NCBI GenBank assembly: GCA_965204745.1
Contig: OZ242010.1
Coordinates: forward strand, 1,312,001 to 1,376,000
Length of the DNA: 64,000 nt
Reading direction: 5' to 3'
Origin: Candidatus Latescibacterota bacterium
GTDB lineage: Bacteria > Latescibacterota > UBA2968
Positions 1 to 10,173 of this stretch are shown piece by piece; positions within the stretch are counted from its first letter, which is position 1, and every line of letters begins with the position of its first letter. A model generated the notes under the pieces. It did not search any database. It saw only the letters and a program-made list of their open reading frames with translations, and was not told where the DNA came from. A program made the position numbers and the translations under genes.

Positions 1-274
1 CCACGCCGCATACGCCGCCTGCCTGCCGCGCGTGCCAGCCGAATTGTTTGATTTTGCGAAAGACTTTGTCCACGTTGCAGGGGTTTTCACCCAAGAGTTG
101 ACGCTTGAGTTGCAAGGCGTAGATGTGGCTTGCCCCATCGCGCACTTCGCCCAAGCCGTAGATGTCCTGATTCGTGTCCAAGCGAATGAGGGTCGAGCGC
201 ATAGGCACGCCCGCGAGGTTGACGATACGCAGATCCGTGATTTTGAGTTCAGACGGGGAGGAATGCGCGTTCAT
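1..274 (-). CDS. Mandelate racemase/muconate lactonizing enzyme family protein, N-terminal part (runs off window)
   Basis: Hand-translated from ATG at 274 (AGGAG RBS upstream): MNAHSSPSELKITDLRIV...IRLDTNQDIYGLGEVRDGAS...LLGENPCNVDKVFRKIKQFG; enolase-superfamily capping domain. Confidence 0.85.
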   Translation of the reverse strand, partial: MNAHSSPSELKITDLRIVNLAGVPMRSTLIRLDTNQDIYGLGEVRDGASHIYALQLKRQLLGENPCNVDKVFRKIKQFGWHARQAGGVCGV

Positions 275-385
275 GAAGTTCTCCTGTTGGCAAATGGCGG
301 TAGGGCGGGGACTGACAACTGACAAAGGTGAGAGGTGAGAGGCAAGACGGGAGAAGACTTACACTCACTGCTCGCCTTTGAATTA

Positions 386-623
386 GGTTGTGTTGACATT
401 TCATTTTTTTTGTTGCGCGAGGGGACCTATCCCCCGGCCCCTTTCCTACAAGGAAAGGGGAGTAAAGCACCTTTGATGGCTTCTCGCTCTGGTTGCTCTG
501 ATGGCGTTGACCGAGGGCATAAAGCGATTAAAAATCCCTCATCAATCCCCTCGCAAAACCGCTCACAGTTCTCCCCTTCCTCAAAGGAAGGGGGGTTAGG
601 GGGGTAGGTCCCGATACAGAACC
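386..623. mobile_element. IS5/IS427-derived MITE carrying GC-rich hairpin modules
   Basis: TA|GGTTGTGTTGACATTT left end and truncated ACAGAACC|TA right end; internal blocks shared with 12434-13020, 20645-21014 and 57555-57760. Confidence 0.6.
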
Positions 624-732
624 TAGCTATCGCCAGTTGTACCCCGCTCGTGGCTAAACTTCCATCTCCCCTCTTGCATCTTCCTTCTTCCCTCTCCCGT
701 CTTACGTCTCACCTTTCTTACGTCTTACCGCT

Positions 733-1701
733 TTACGGAATCAACAGCACCTTCCCCGTGGTCTGCCGACCTTCGAGGCGGGTGTGGGCGTCGGCGGCAT
801 TTGCGAGGGGATGCTCTTCGCCAATCCGCACATTGAGAGCGCCATCTTGAAGCCAGCCCATCACCTCGTCTGTGCGCTGGAGGTATTCCTCGCGGGTCTG
901 CGTGTAGTCGTTGAGGGTGGGGCGCGTGAGATAAATCGAGCCTTTTTGCGACAAGAGCAGGGGATCGATGGGCGGCACCGGGCCGCTGGCATTGCCGAAA
1001 AAGACCATGTAACCGCACGGCTTGAGGCAGTTGATGCTCTTTTCCCAGGTGGCTTTGGCAACGGAATCGTACACGACTTCGACGCCTTGCCCATTTGTGA
1101 GCCGCTGGACTTCGGCTTCAAAATCCTGTTCCGTGTAGAGGATGAGGTCGTCTGCTCCTGCGCCGCGTGCGAGGGCGGCTTTTTCGTCGGTGGAGGTGGT
1201 GCCGATAACCCGCGCCCCGCGCATTTTCGCCATCTGCACGAGCAAGAGGCCAACGCCCCCTGCGGCTGCGTGGATGAGACAGGTGTCGCCTTCTCGAATG
1301 GGGTACGTGCTGTTGACCAAGTAATGCGCGGTCAGGCCCTGCAACATCACGGCGGCGGCGGTCTTGGTGGCAACTGCACCGGGGATTTTGACCACATCAT
1401 CCTCATTGGCAACGACTTGCTCGGCATAAGACCCTGCCACGCTTTTCCACGCAACGCGGTCTCCTTCTGCCAAACCCGTGACCCCCGCGCCTACGGCGTT
1501 CACAGTGCCCGCGCCTTCCAGCCCCAGGGTGAGGGGCAAGTCCAAGGGATAGAGGCCCGTGCGGTGATAGGTGTCGATAAAGTTGACACCAGCGGCTTCG
1601 ATGGCAACGCGAACCTGTCCATCTCCCGGCTCTGGCGCGTCAACATCCTCAAAACACAACACCTCTGCACCGCCGTATTGTGCTATGCGAATGGCTTTCA
1701 T
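733..1701 (-). CDS. qor: NADPH:quinone oxidoreductase (zeta-crystallin/MDR family)
   Basis: GVNFIDTYHRTGLYP, AAAGGVG nucleotide-binding motif, C-terminal TTGKVLL. Confidence 0.93.
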   Translation of the reverse strand: MKAIRIAQYGGAEVLCFEDVDAPEPGDGQVRVAIEAAGVNFIDTYHRTGLYPLDLPLTLGLEGAGTVNAVGAGVTGLAEGDRVAWKSVAGSYAEQVVANEDDVVKIPGAVATKTAAAVMLQGLTAHYLVNSTYPIREGDTCLIHAAAGGVGLLLVQMAKMRGARVIGTTSTDEKAALARGAGADDLILYTEQDFEAEVQRLTNGQGVEVVYDSVAKATWEKSINCLKPCGYMVFFGNASGPVPPIDPLLLSQKGSIYLTRPTLNDYTQTREEYLQRTDEVMGWLQDGALNVRIGEEHPLANAADAHTRLEGRQTTGKVLLIP

Positions 1702-1730
1702 GTGGCTCTCCTTTAAAAAAAATAAGCAAC

Positions 1731-1754
1731 ACAGGCACGGGAGCCTGTCCCTAC
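1731..1754 (-). repeat. GTAG-type REP-like hairpin
   Basis: Reverse complement reads GTAGGGACAGGCTCCCGTGCCTGT, near-identical to copies at 14410 and 18839. Confidence 0.6.
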
Positions 1755-1759
1755 GGGTG

Positions 1760-1895
1760 ATGGTAGTCAGTGGTCAGCCCCCACCTGACCCTACCGCCCA
1801 AGTAGTCAGTGGTCAGTCCCCGCCCACTCCCCACCACTATGTTCATTAGAATTAGTCAACTGACCACTGACCACTGACCACTGACCACTGACAAC
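1760..1895. repeat. Heptamer tandem repeats (CAGTGGT / ACTGACC), convergent arrays
   Basis: TAGTCAGTGGTCAG blocks at ~1764 and ~1803, followed by about five ACTGACC units at 1859-1895. Confidence 0.8.
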
Positions 1896-3077
1896 GGCGT
1901 TGTTGCATAAATCGCTATTGCCTGCGAGTTGGGATTGCAAAAAGACAGGCTCCTTCGTAGTTGGGCATATGGAGCACCGAAACCACTCACCCTTTCTCAC
2001 CAGGAACCTGTCATGCCCAAGATAACCGCTTCCAAGACCGCCGTCAAGGCCCCTCGTCGCCTTCGTCGCCCGCGCTGTGAGCCTGTCTATCGGGTTCGGA
2101 ACTGGGCGGCCTACGAGGCCGGTCTCAAGCAGCGGGGCAGTCTGACGTTTTGGATCACGCCGCAAGCCCTTCGGGGGTGGTACCATCAAGGGCCAACGCA
2201 ACGGGGGAGGCAAAACACCTTTTCAGATTTGGCTATTCAAACGGCGTTGATGGTGCGCTTGGTCTATGCCTTGCCCCTGCGTCAAACCGAGGGGTTTCTC
2301 ACGTCCATCCTGGCGTTGATGGGGGTGGCTTTGCGCGTGCCCGATCATACGACCCTCTGCCGGCGACAGGGCGATTTGAATGTGGATTTACCTGTCCAAT
2401 CCCATCATGCGCCGATCCACTTAGTGGTGGATTCCACCGTCCTGAAAGGGTATGGCGAAGGGGAATGGAAGGTGCGTCAACACGGCTTTTGCAAGCACCG
2501 GACTTGGCGCAAATTGCACATCGGCGTCGATGAGGCCACCGGCGAGCTTGTCGCACAGACCCTGACCTCGGCAAGCGTTGATGACGCTTCGCAGGTCAAC
2601 CCCTTGCTCGATCAAGTCCCGGCCCCTGTGATATGATGGGTGCAGATGGCGGCTATGACAAACGCAAGGTCTTCAACACATGCGCCGCCCCCAAACAAGG
2701 AGCCCCCATCCGACCCCTGATTCCCCCGCGCCATGACGCGAAAATTGAACAACACGGAAACAGGAAGGCCCCCCCCTCGCTCGCGATGAAATCATCCGAG
2801 CCATCCGGCGTCAAGGCCGCCGACAGTGGAAACGCACCAGTGGCTATCATCGTCGCTCGGTCGTTGAAACCCAACTATGCCGCTACAAACAACTCATTGG
2901 GCGGCAGTTGCACGCACGAAGTCAGGAGAACCAAGAAACGGAAGCGCGGTTGGGATGTGCGGTGCTCAATCGCATGATGAGGATCGCGAAACCCGTGTCC
3001 TATCCCAGAGAAAGAGGGGCTTAAATCTCGCGGGAAAGGGACGAACTTTGCCACGACAACATTTATGCAACAACGCC
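1896..3077 (+). mobile_element. IS5 family, IS903-group insertion sequence (1182 bp)
   Basis: Perfect 17-bp terminal IR GGCGTTGTTGCATAAAT / ATTTATGCAACAACGCC; 9-bp target duplication ACTGACAAC at 1887-1895 and 3078-3086. Confidence 0.95.
2013..3024 (+). pseudogene. IS903-group DDE transposase with two single-base frameshifts (~2630 and ~2770)
   Basis: YRVRNWAAYEAGLKQRGSLTFW, VVDST, WRKLH, ADGGYD and GYHRRSVVET motifs are spread over three frames; stop TAA at 3022-3024. Confidence 0.85.
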
Positions 3078-3134
3078 ACTGACAACTGACTACTGACTAC
3101 TGACTACTGATTTTTCGGGACGATACGAGGCGCG

Positions 3135-4097
3135 TTAAACCACCGCATTCCGCGTTCGGCCCTCCAAGAATGCGATCACATTTTCCACTGCGCCGCTGTT
3201 GAGCAAATCCACGCCTTCCGGGGTCATGTCCGCGCAATGGGGCGTGAGCACCACTTGGTCGCACGCAAACAGGGGATGATCCGATGGCGCGGGTTCTTCC
3301 TCGAACACGTCAATGCCCGCGCCGCCTACCTGACCGCGATTCAACGCCTCCGCGAGCGCGTCAGTATCCACAATCGCGCCGCGCGCCCCATTCAGCAACA
3401 GCACGCCCTTTTTCATCTTTGCCAACTCGGCCTTCCCAATCAGCCCTTCGGTATCTTCTGTCAGCGCGACGTGCAAACTGATCACGTCAGCGGTTTCGAG
3501 CAGCGCGTCCCATTCCACGAATCGCACCCCGAGTCGTTCGCCCCGTTCGACAGAGGGGTGAAAGGTCCACGCGATCACCGCCATGCCAATGGCCTGCGCG
3601 AGGCGCGCCATCTCCGCGCCGGTATTGCCCGCGCCGATGATCCCCAATGTCTTGCCCTGAAGCATCGCATTGTCCAGCCGAGGCCAGCCTCCGTTTTTCA
3701 TCGCCGCGGTAAAGTACGCCGCGCGTTTTGCCACCGCGAACATCAGCCCGAAAATGTGTTCTGCCACCACCGGCGCGGTTCTGCCCGGCTGATTGCAAAT
3801 CGCGATTCCCCGCGCTTTTGCGGCGTCCAAGTCGAACATGTCCGTGCCGATGGAACAGGTCGTAATCATCTTCAACTTGGGCAAGTGGGAAAACTCGGCC
3901 TCGCCCCATGTGACTGCGCCGCGCGTGTTCATAATCACATCGGCGTCTCGCACCCGGGCGATTTTCTCTGCCACTGACGCGGGCCGCGTGTCGTAGAGCA
4001 CCACCTCGCCATAAGGGCGCAATTTCTCGAGATGGGGCGACCCTGCGATCTGCACGGGCGCGTCCCCCGGCACCACGATTTGTATATGTCCCGCCAT
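3135..4097 (-). CDS. D-isomer-specific 2-hydroxyacid dehydrogenase
   Basis: GIIGAGNTG, NGARGAIVD, DVFEEEP, LTPH motifs; ATG 4097 with AGGAG RBS. Confidence 0.92.
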   Translation of the reverse strand: MAGHIQIVVPGDAPVQIAGSPHLEKLRPYGEVVLYDTRPASVAEKIARVRDADVIMNTRGAVTWGEAEFSHLPKLKMITTCSIGTDMFDLDAAKARGIAICNQPGRTAPVVAEHIFGLMFAVAKRAAYFTAAMKNGGWPRLDNAMLQGKTLGIIGAGNTGAEMARLAQAIGMAVIAWTFHPSVERGERLGVRFVEWDALLETADVISLHVALTEDTEGLIGKAELAKMKKGVLLLNGARGAIVDTDALAEALNRGQVGGAGIDVFEEEPAPSDHPLFACDQVVLTPHCADMTPEGVDLLNSGAVENVIAFLEGRTRNAVV

Positions 4098-4231
4098 AGC
4101 CACTCCTTTCAGAAACATTGCCCGTCAAAACATCCTTTGGTATATTCCCCAATGTACGCAACGGGGCATCCCCGTGCCAACAACTTTGTTTGGACGTAGT
4201 ACCCACCCATCAATACGCTCGAGGAGTGCCA

Positions 4232-5704
4232 ATGCCGCTGGCAAAATATCAACGCATCGGACATCACAAAACCGTAGCATCATTCCGAGAACATGTCAAA
4301 AGCCTGGGCCTCGACCTGCCCTGCGATAGCGACATTCTCACAGCGCCCGAATCCCCGCTCGCGCAACCGGCCGAGTGCCACGGGTTTCGCATTGGCAATC
4401 GCTTCTGCATTCACCCCATGGAGGGCTGGGATGGCGAAGCCGATGGCAACCCCTCGCAATACACCCTGCGCCGATGGCACAACTTCGGCTTGAGCGGCGC
4501 GAAATTGATCTGGGGGGGCGAAGCGGTTGCGGTGCGCGACGAAGGCCGGGCAAATCCCAACCAACTCTATGCTGCGGGCCACACCAAAGCGGGCCTCGGG
4601 CAACTCCGCGAGGTGCTCTTATCCGCGCACCGCGACCACATCGGCGATACCGACGACCTGCTCATCGGCCTTCAACTGACGCATTCGGGTCGCTTTTGCA
4701 GGCCCAATGACAAGATCAAACTCGAACCCCGCATCGCGTATCGGCATCCGATCCTCGACCGCAAGTTCGGCATTGACTCGGACGACCCCATCCTGTCCGA
4801 CAGCGAGATCAAACACCTGATTGACGACTACCTCAACGCGGCGCGCATGGCCTGTGACCTCGGCTATCAGTTCGTGGATATCAAACACTGCCACGGCTAC
4901 CTCGGCCATGAGTTTTTGAGCGCGTTCACCCGCCCGGGCCCCTATGGCGGCAGCTTTGAAAACCGCACTCGGTTCCTGCGCGAAATCGTCGCGGGCATTC
5001 GCGCCGATTGTCCCGATCTCCAAATTGGCGTGCGCCTCAGCGCGTTCGACTTTGTGCCCTTTTATCCGGATCCCGACCGATCCGAAGGCAAAAAACTCGG
5101 CCCGGGCATTCCCGAAGACTTCGGCGCGTGCCTGCCCTACAAGTACGGCTTTGGCATTGACGAAAACGATCCCACCGCCGCCAATCTCGCCGAGACCTGC
5201 CGCTTCCTCGCCCTGTTGCGCGACCTCGACATCGCGCTCGTCAACCTCTCTGCCGGCAGCCCCTACTACAACCCCCACATCCAACGGCCCGCCTATTTTC
5301 CGCCGTCGGACGGGTACCAACCCCCCGAAGACCCGCTCGTGGGCGTCGCGCGGCAAGTGGAGATGGTCGCGCAAATCAAAAAGCAATTTCCCGACCTGCT
5401 CATCGTGGGCACGGCCTATTCCTACCTCCAAGACTTTCTGCCCCACGTAGCCCAACCGCTCGTGCGCGATGGCATGGTCGATTTCATCGGCCTCGGGCGC
5501 ATGGTGCTGTCCTATCCGGACTTGCCCGCGGATGTGCTCCAAAAAGGCGAAACCGTCAAACGCAAATTCTGCCGCACTTTCAGCGACTGCACCACGGCCC
5601 CTCGAAATGGCATGATCTCGGGCTGCTTCCCCCTCGATCCCTACTACAAAAAATCCCCCGAAGGCACCGCACTCAGGGAACTCAAAAAGTCCATTCAGTT
5701 GTGA
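4232..5704 (+). CDS. NADH:flavin oxidoreductase / Old Yellow Enzyme family
   Basis: [36 protein letters not shown]; GAGGAG RBS before ATG 4232. Confidence 0.9.
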   Translation: MPLAKYQRIGHHKTVASFREHVKSLGLDLPCDSDILTAPESPLAQPAECHGFRIGNRFCIHPMEGWDGEADGNPSQYTLRRWHNFGLSGAKLIWGGEAVAVRDEGRANPNQLYAAGHTKAGLGQLREVLLSAHRDHIGDTDDLLIGLQLTHSGRFCRPNDKIKLEPRIAYRHPILDRKFGIDSDDPILSDSEIKHLIDDYLNAARMACDLGYQFVDIKHCHGYLGHEFLSAFTRPGPYGGSFENRTRFLREIVAGIRADCPDLQIGVRLSAFDFVPFYPDPDRSEGKKLGPGIPEDFGACLPYKYGFGIDENDPTAANLAETCRFLALLRDLDIALVNLSAGSPYYNPHIQRPAYFPPSDGYQPPEDPLVGVARQVEMVAQIKKQFPDLLIVGTAYSYLQDFLPHVAQPLVRDGMVDFIGLGRMVLSYPDLPADVLQKGETVKRKFCRTFSDCTTAPRNGMISGCFPLDPYYKKSPEGTALRELKKSIQL

Positions 5705-5742
5705 AACAATGCAATCACAGAGAAACACCGATGAACGCGAAT

Positions 5743-5768
5743 GTAGGGGCGTGGCCCCTGTGCCTGCC
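5743..5768 (+). repeat. GTAG-type REP-like hairpin
   Basis: GTAGGGGCGTGGCCCCTGTGCCTGCC. Confidence 0.55.
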
Positions 5769-6082
5769 TGAATCGAACATCACTACGGCCTAGCAGGGCA
5801 ACGCCCGGTGGGAGACCACCAAACGAGACAGTTTTTACGGCTCAAATCAGAAATCTTGCATTTGTAATCAGATTTGAAATGCTATTTATCGACCTGCTCA
5901 AGAATCACCTTTTCCATTATAGCCGTAATGCCCTCACGCAGTTCAACATGCCTATATAGGAGCCGTCCCTACATATCCTTCTTTGCCTCATTGACTATGT
6001 AATCAATAGCTCCAGCCATCTCTTGCCGTCGGAAGAATAATGTCACAACGATGCGGTTTTGTCAATCGCGCGTTTATCGACC

Positions 6083-6634
6083 TCACCGCTCGTCGAAGCC
6101 GAGGAATTTGAGAAATGTCTTTTTGCCGCCTGCTTTTTTGCGCGTGTTCCATGCTTTGAGGAGCGCGTAATAGGGGGCTTCTTCCCACGCTTCCCATTTG
6201 GCGATAGCCTTGATTTCGCCCAACGGGGTGTAGCTATCGAGTTCATACGGGCAATCGGTGGATTGGCTGATGCTGAGCAACTCGATGTCGCCATTCGCGT
6301 CAAATTCCAAGTCGAACGGATAGCGGCGGCAGGTCACGGGCCGGTAATTGTAGATGCGGCACAAGTCGTCATCGCCCAAGTATTGGCATCCGCTTTCGGT
6401 TCGGCGCAACCCCATGATGCGGCGCCCCGTCTTCAAACGGATCCAGCCGGGCTGATCCTCGCCCCATTCGATTTCACTCGGTTTGTAAAAATCGACAATG
6501 CCATAAGCCGTCTGACCCGTGCCCTCGATGATGCGGCGCACGTCCTCATCCGTGACCAAGACGATGGGTTCTCGACAACAGTTGCCACAGCGCGTGCAAC
6601 GAAAATTGAGCAGGTGTTTCCAGGATTGGGACAT
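6083..6634 (-). CDS. YkgJ family cysteine-cluster (Zn/Fe-chelating) protein
   Basis: CTRCGNCC ... CQYL...CRIYNYRPVTCRRYPF; AGGAG RBS. Confidence 0.9.
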   Translation of the reverse strand: MSQSWKHLLNFRCTRCGNCCREPIVLVTDEDVRRIIEGTGQTAYGIVDFYKPSEIEWGEDQPGWIRLKTGRRIMGLRRTESGCQYLGDDDLCRIYNYRPVTCRRYPFDLEFDANGDIELLSISQSTDCPYELDSYTPLGEIKAIAKWEAWEEAPYYALLKAWNTRKKAGGKKTFLKFLGFDER

Positions 6635-6755
6635 GGGGTCTCCTGCAAAAAAACAAAAAAAGCAAAAGTCAGCGGATGTCTCGCGTTTCGGGCGGACACA
6701 GGGCCCGCCCCTACGGTTTGGAGGCGGGGAGTTGGGACTGACCACTGACCACCTT

Positions 6756-7946
6756 TCATCGGGGGTCACTTTTCGCCCTCTCTTCCAACCACGCTTTCGT
6801 GACTTCGATGCCAAAGCCAGGCGCGTTGCTCGGGATGAGGTACCCGTCTTTAATTACGGGTGTGCCCGGCAGGGCGACGCGTTCTTCCAAAGGCACGCCG
6901 GGGGGTGACACGCCTTCGGACCGCTCGCCCCATTGGATCGCGGGCATGGCAAAGGAAAGGTGTTGTCCGTAGGGGTAATTCATGCCCGCGTGGCTGATGA
7001 CCGTCATCCCATGCGCTTCGGCGAGGTGGCAGATCCGCACCAACGCCGTGATGCCGCCTGCCCATTGGATATCGGGTTGCAAAATATCGACAAGCCCGTG
7101 GCGTGCGGCAGTGGCAAAGGGATGGATGGTGTACCAGTGTTCGCCCGTGGCGAGGATTTGTTCGGGCACGCGCTGGCGCACCTTCATGTAGCTCTCCATA
7201 TCCTCGGGCAACACGTAATCCTCGAGCCACTTGAGGCGATACGGTTTCAGGGCTTCCACGAGGCGCACGGTGTATTCCACATTGAGCGACATCCACGCAT
7301 CGAGCATGAGCTCGACATCATCGCCGATTTGAGCGCGCGTTTGGGCGACGAGGTCTTCGGTCTTGCGGATGCCCTCAATGCCGGATTCCGGGCCGTATCG
7401 CGCAAAGAGCTTCACGGCCTTGAACCCCAGTTCGAGAAACCAAGCGATGCTGTTCTCCGTGCCGTAGGAAAGGTCCGTGTTGCTGGCATAGCAAAAAATT
7501 TTGTCTTTTTGCGGCCCGCCTAAAAGCTCGTACACCGGACGCTGCAACAATTTGCCCTTCAAATCCCACAGCGCGTTATCCACCGCGCTGATCGCGTAAC
7601 TGGGCAACCCGGCCGTGTGATAGGGCGAGGACGCCCGGCGCATCATATCCCACAACTTTTCGGTTGCCATGCAATTTTGGCCTTGGAGCAAGGGGGCAAA
7701 GTGGTCGTTGATGATGCGGATCACCGGGCCGCTGTGGTTGGTCAGGCCAAGCCCCCAGGTGCCGTCTTGCGCGGTGACGACGCAAGCCGTGCGCGTCCAA
7801 CTTGGATTCCAGTCGGATCGTCTGTATTCGGGATACCGCGCCATCGGGCTGATGAAGCCATCGGTCCGTCGCTTGGGAACGCGGGCCCGTGTCCGCTGTA
7901 CAGGCGTGAGATCCACCGCCACAGCGCGAATGTCTTTGATGTTCAT
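6756..7946 (-). CDS. Enolase-superfamily acid-sugar dehydratase, L-rhamnonate dehydratase-like
   Basis: SPMARYPEY, AISAVDNALWDL, LMLDAWMSL, WLED, TGEHWYT, QPDIQWAGG. Confidence 0.85.
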   Translation of the reverse strand: MNIKDIRAVAVDLTPVQRTRARVPKRRTDGFISPMARYPEYRRSDWNPSWTRTACVVTAQDGTWGLGLTNHSGPVIRIINDHFAPLLQGQNCMATEKLWDMMRRASSPYHTAGLPSYAISAVDNALWDLKGKLLQRPVYELLGGPQKDKIFCYASNTDLSYGTENSIAWFLELGFKAVKLFARYGPESGIEGIRKTEDLVAQTRAQIGDDVELMLDAWMSLNVEYTVRLVEALKPYRLKWLEDYVLPEDMESYMKVRQRVPEQILATGEHWYTIHPFATAARHGLVDILQPDIQWAGGITALVRICHLAEAHGMTVISHAGMNYPYGQHLSFAMPAIQWGERSEGVSPPGVPLEERVALPGTPVIKDGYLIPSNAPGFGIEVTKAWLEERAKSDPR

Positions 7947-8203
7947 GAGTGCTCCTTTGTTGATGAACCTCTCCCCAAGGCGGGAAGACCTGCTCCCACC
8001 TTTCTCGCAGGCATAAGCAAAGCCTTGGGGTTGGGCAGTTGGGTGGCCCTCTCCCGTCTCTTAAGCAATCAGCAAAACAATCGGTCAGCACATACATTGC
8101 CTTGGGGCGGAAGGGTGGGGACTGACCACTGACCACTGACTACTGACCACTGCACCTTGTATCTTCGGGCGAGCACGGGGCATCGCCCCTACACACACCG
8201 CTC

Positions 8204-8300
8204 GTGCCTTTGAACGGGCTATCGCCAGTTGTACCCCTTTTGTGCCTTTGAACGGGCTATCGCCAGTTGTACCCCGCTCGTGCCTTTTGTGGCTAAAATC
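8204..8300. repeat. Tandem 34-bp duplication (period 38) of a dispersed repeat
   Basis: GTGCCTTTGAACGGGCTATCGCCAGTTGTACCCC at 8204-8237 and 8242-8275; part of the unit also at ~626-657. Confidence 0.75.
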
Positions 8301-8320
8301 CCGTCTCCCCTTTTTATTTT

Positions 8321-9973
8321 TCAAAACGCAACCGCGTACCCATCGTGGCGAGGGTCCGAGCCGGCCATGAGGCTGCCGGTTGCGGGGTCAATTTGAATGG
8401 CTTGTGCGTTGCCGGTCGCGCCCCACAATGGGAGGCTACGCACGTCGTGACCCTTCTTCTCGAGGTCCATGTGCAGAAAGGTGTCGAAACGGGCTTCGAG
8501 TTGCAACACGTCTTCGCATGTGTGGGGCACGGTGGATTCCATCGGGTTTTGCAGGGAACGCCAGCGCGGGGCTTCGACCGCTTCTTGCGGGGTCAGGCCA
8601 AAGTCCAGAATGTGCGTCACCAGTTGCAAATTGGTCTGAACCTGCGTGTCTGCGCCCGGGGTGCCGCAGATCAGAACGGGCTTGTCGTCTTTGGTGACGA
8701 TCACCGGGTTCATCGTGTGGCGCACCCGTTTGCCGGGCATGAGGCAGTTGGGATGATCGGCGTCCAAGTGCCAGTAGGTCATGCGGTTGTTGAGCAAGAT
8801 GCCGGTCTCGCCTGCGATCAGGCTCGATCCCCAGCCGGATTGAATGCTCTGAAGTTGACACACGGCATTGCCCGCCTTGTCGGCCACGCAAAAACAAGTG
8901 GTGTCTTCCACGGCTTCTGGGATGCCGGGAGGGACATGCACAGATGCACGGTCGGGATCGATCAGGGCGGCGCGTTCTTTGGCATATACTTTGGACAGCA
9001 GGGCATCGATGGGTATGTCTATCCAGTCCGGATCGGCCACGTACTTTTCCCGATCCGCAAATGCGAGTTTCTTGGCCTCGACCATCAGGTGGATCCGCTC
9101 TGCTTTGCTCATGGCGTGCAGGTCGAAATTTTCCACGATGTTGAGTTCTTGCAACAAGATGTGGCCGCTCGAGTTGGGCGGCGTCTCATAGACCGTGTGG
9201 CCTTTGTACGTCACGGCAATGGGATCCGCGATGTGGGCGCGGTGGTTTTTCATGTCGGCTTCTGTGAGCAAGCCCCCGCGCGATTGGCTGAACGCGACCA
9301 TGGCTTTGGCGATTTCCCCTTCGTAAAACGCATCCCGGCCCTGCGCGGCGAGGGTTCGCAAGGTTTTGCCCAAGTCTTTTTGATAGACGATGTCCCCAGG
9401 CGCGAGGGGTTGACCGTCATCGGTGAACACGGCCCGCGTGTGCGGGTCGGACGCAAAGCGTTTGGTCTGTGCTTTTAAGGAGCCGGCCAATTTGTGGCTG
9501 AGGGGAAAGCCGTCTTCGCACAGGCCAATGGCCGGGGCAAAGACCTCGTGGAGGGGGCGCGTGCCAAAGCGTTCGTGGGCGACGAGCCAGCCATCGACCA
9601 AGCCGGGGATGGACGCGCTGAGGATGCCTTTCATCGGGATGCCATCGCGCTTGAGATAAAATTCCCGGGTGGCGCCGGTGGGCGCCGCGCCCGTGGCATT
9701 GACGGCATAGACGTCGCGGGTTTTGGCGTCGTAGATCAGGATGAAGCCATCCCCGCCCACGCCAGAGGACTGCGGTTCGACCACGCCCAGGGCCGCGGCT
9801 GTGGCGATGGCCGCGTCAATGGCATTGCCTCCGGCCATCATGATTTGCAGGCCCGCTTGCGACGCGAGGTAATGGCCCGATGCCACCGCGCCATTTCTGC
9901 CCCTGACGGACGGCCTGTAAGCTTTTTGCGAGATTTCGTGTGGGGAATATGGCGAAGGAGGTTGAGAATACAT
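8321..9973 (-). CDS. ggt: Gamma-glutamyltransferase
   Basis: GGNAIDAA, GVGGDGF, nucleophile region EDTTCFCVAD, LNNRM, GTPGAD, SDPR; GAGGAG RBS. Confidence 0.93.
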   Translation of the reverse strand: MYSQPPSPYSPHEISQKAYRPSVRGRNGAVASGHYLASQAGLQIMMAGGNAIDAAIATAAALGVVEPQSSGVGGDGFILIYDAKTRDVYAVNATGAAPTGATREFYLKRDGIPMKGILSASIPGLVDGWLVAHERFGTRPLHEVFAPAIGLCEDGFPLSHKLAGSLKAQTKRFASDPHTRAVFTDDGQPLAPGDIVYQKDLGKTLRTLAAQGRDAFYEGEIAKAMVAFSQSRGGLLTEADMKNHRAHIADPIAVTYKGHTVYETPPNSSGHILLQELNIVENFDLHAMSKAERIHLMVEAKKLAFADREKYVADPDWIDIPIDALLSKVYAKERAALIDPDRASVHVPPGIPEAVEDTTCFCVADKAGNAVCQLQSIQSGWGSSLIAGETGILLNNRMTYWHLDADHPNCLMPGKRVRHTMNPVIVTKDDKPVLICGTPGADTQVQTNLQLVTHILDFGLTPQEAVEAPRWRSLQNPMESTVPHTCEDVLQLEARFDTFLHMDLEKKGHDVRSLPLWGATGNAQAIQIDPATGSLMAGSDPRHDGYAVAF

Positions 9974-10106
9974 GGTGTGCTCCTCGTGGTGATGAGTATG
10001 AAACGGGTGAACAGCCGGATTAGCCACAAGAAGCACAGAAACACACGGGAAAGTCGTAGGTACCCTGCTCGGTGCCTTTGTGGCGATAACGGGTTTAAGA
10101 TACGGC

Positions 10107-10135
10107 TTGACAAAATTTCGCGCACGCCCTAATTT
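10107..10135 (+). promoter_or_regulatory. sigma70-like promoter for the response regulator
   Basis: TTGACA-17 bp-TAATTT. Confidence 0.5.
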
Positions 10136-10173
10136 GCGAACCAAAATCACATCAATCCCTCCCTTCCCTTCCC

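Noticed and set aside
249-850. Short ORFs in the first intergenic region (also 12467-12971, 20645-20986, 57552-57921)
   Set aside because: They are translations of MITE and hairpin repeats
8204-8300. 34-bp direct repeats resembling a CRISPR array
   Set aside because: Only two full units separated by 4 nt; no spacers, no cas genes
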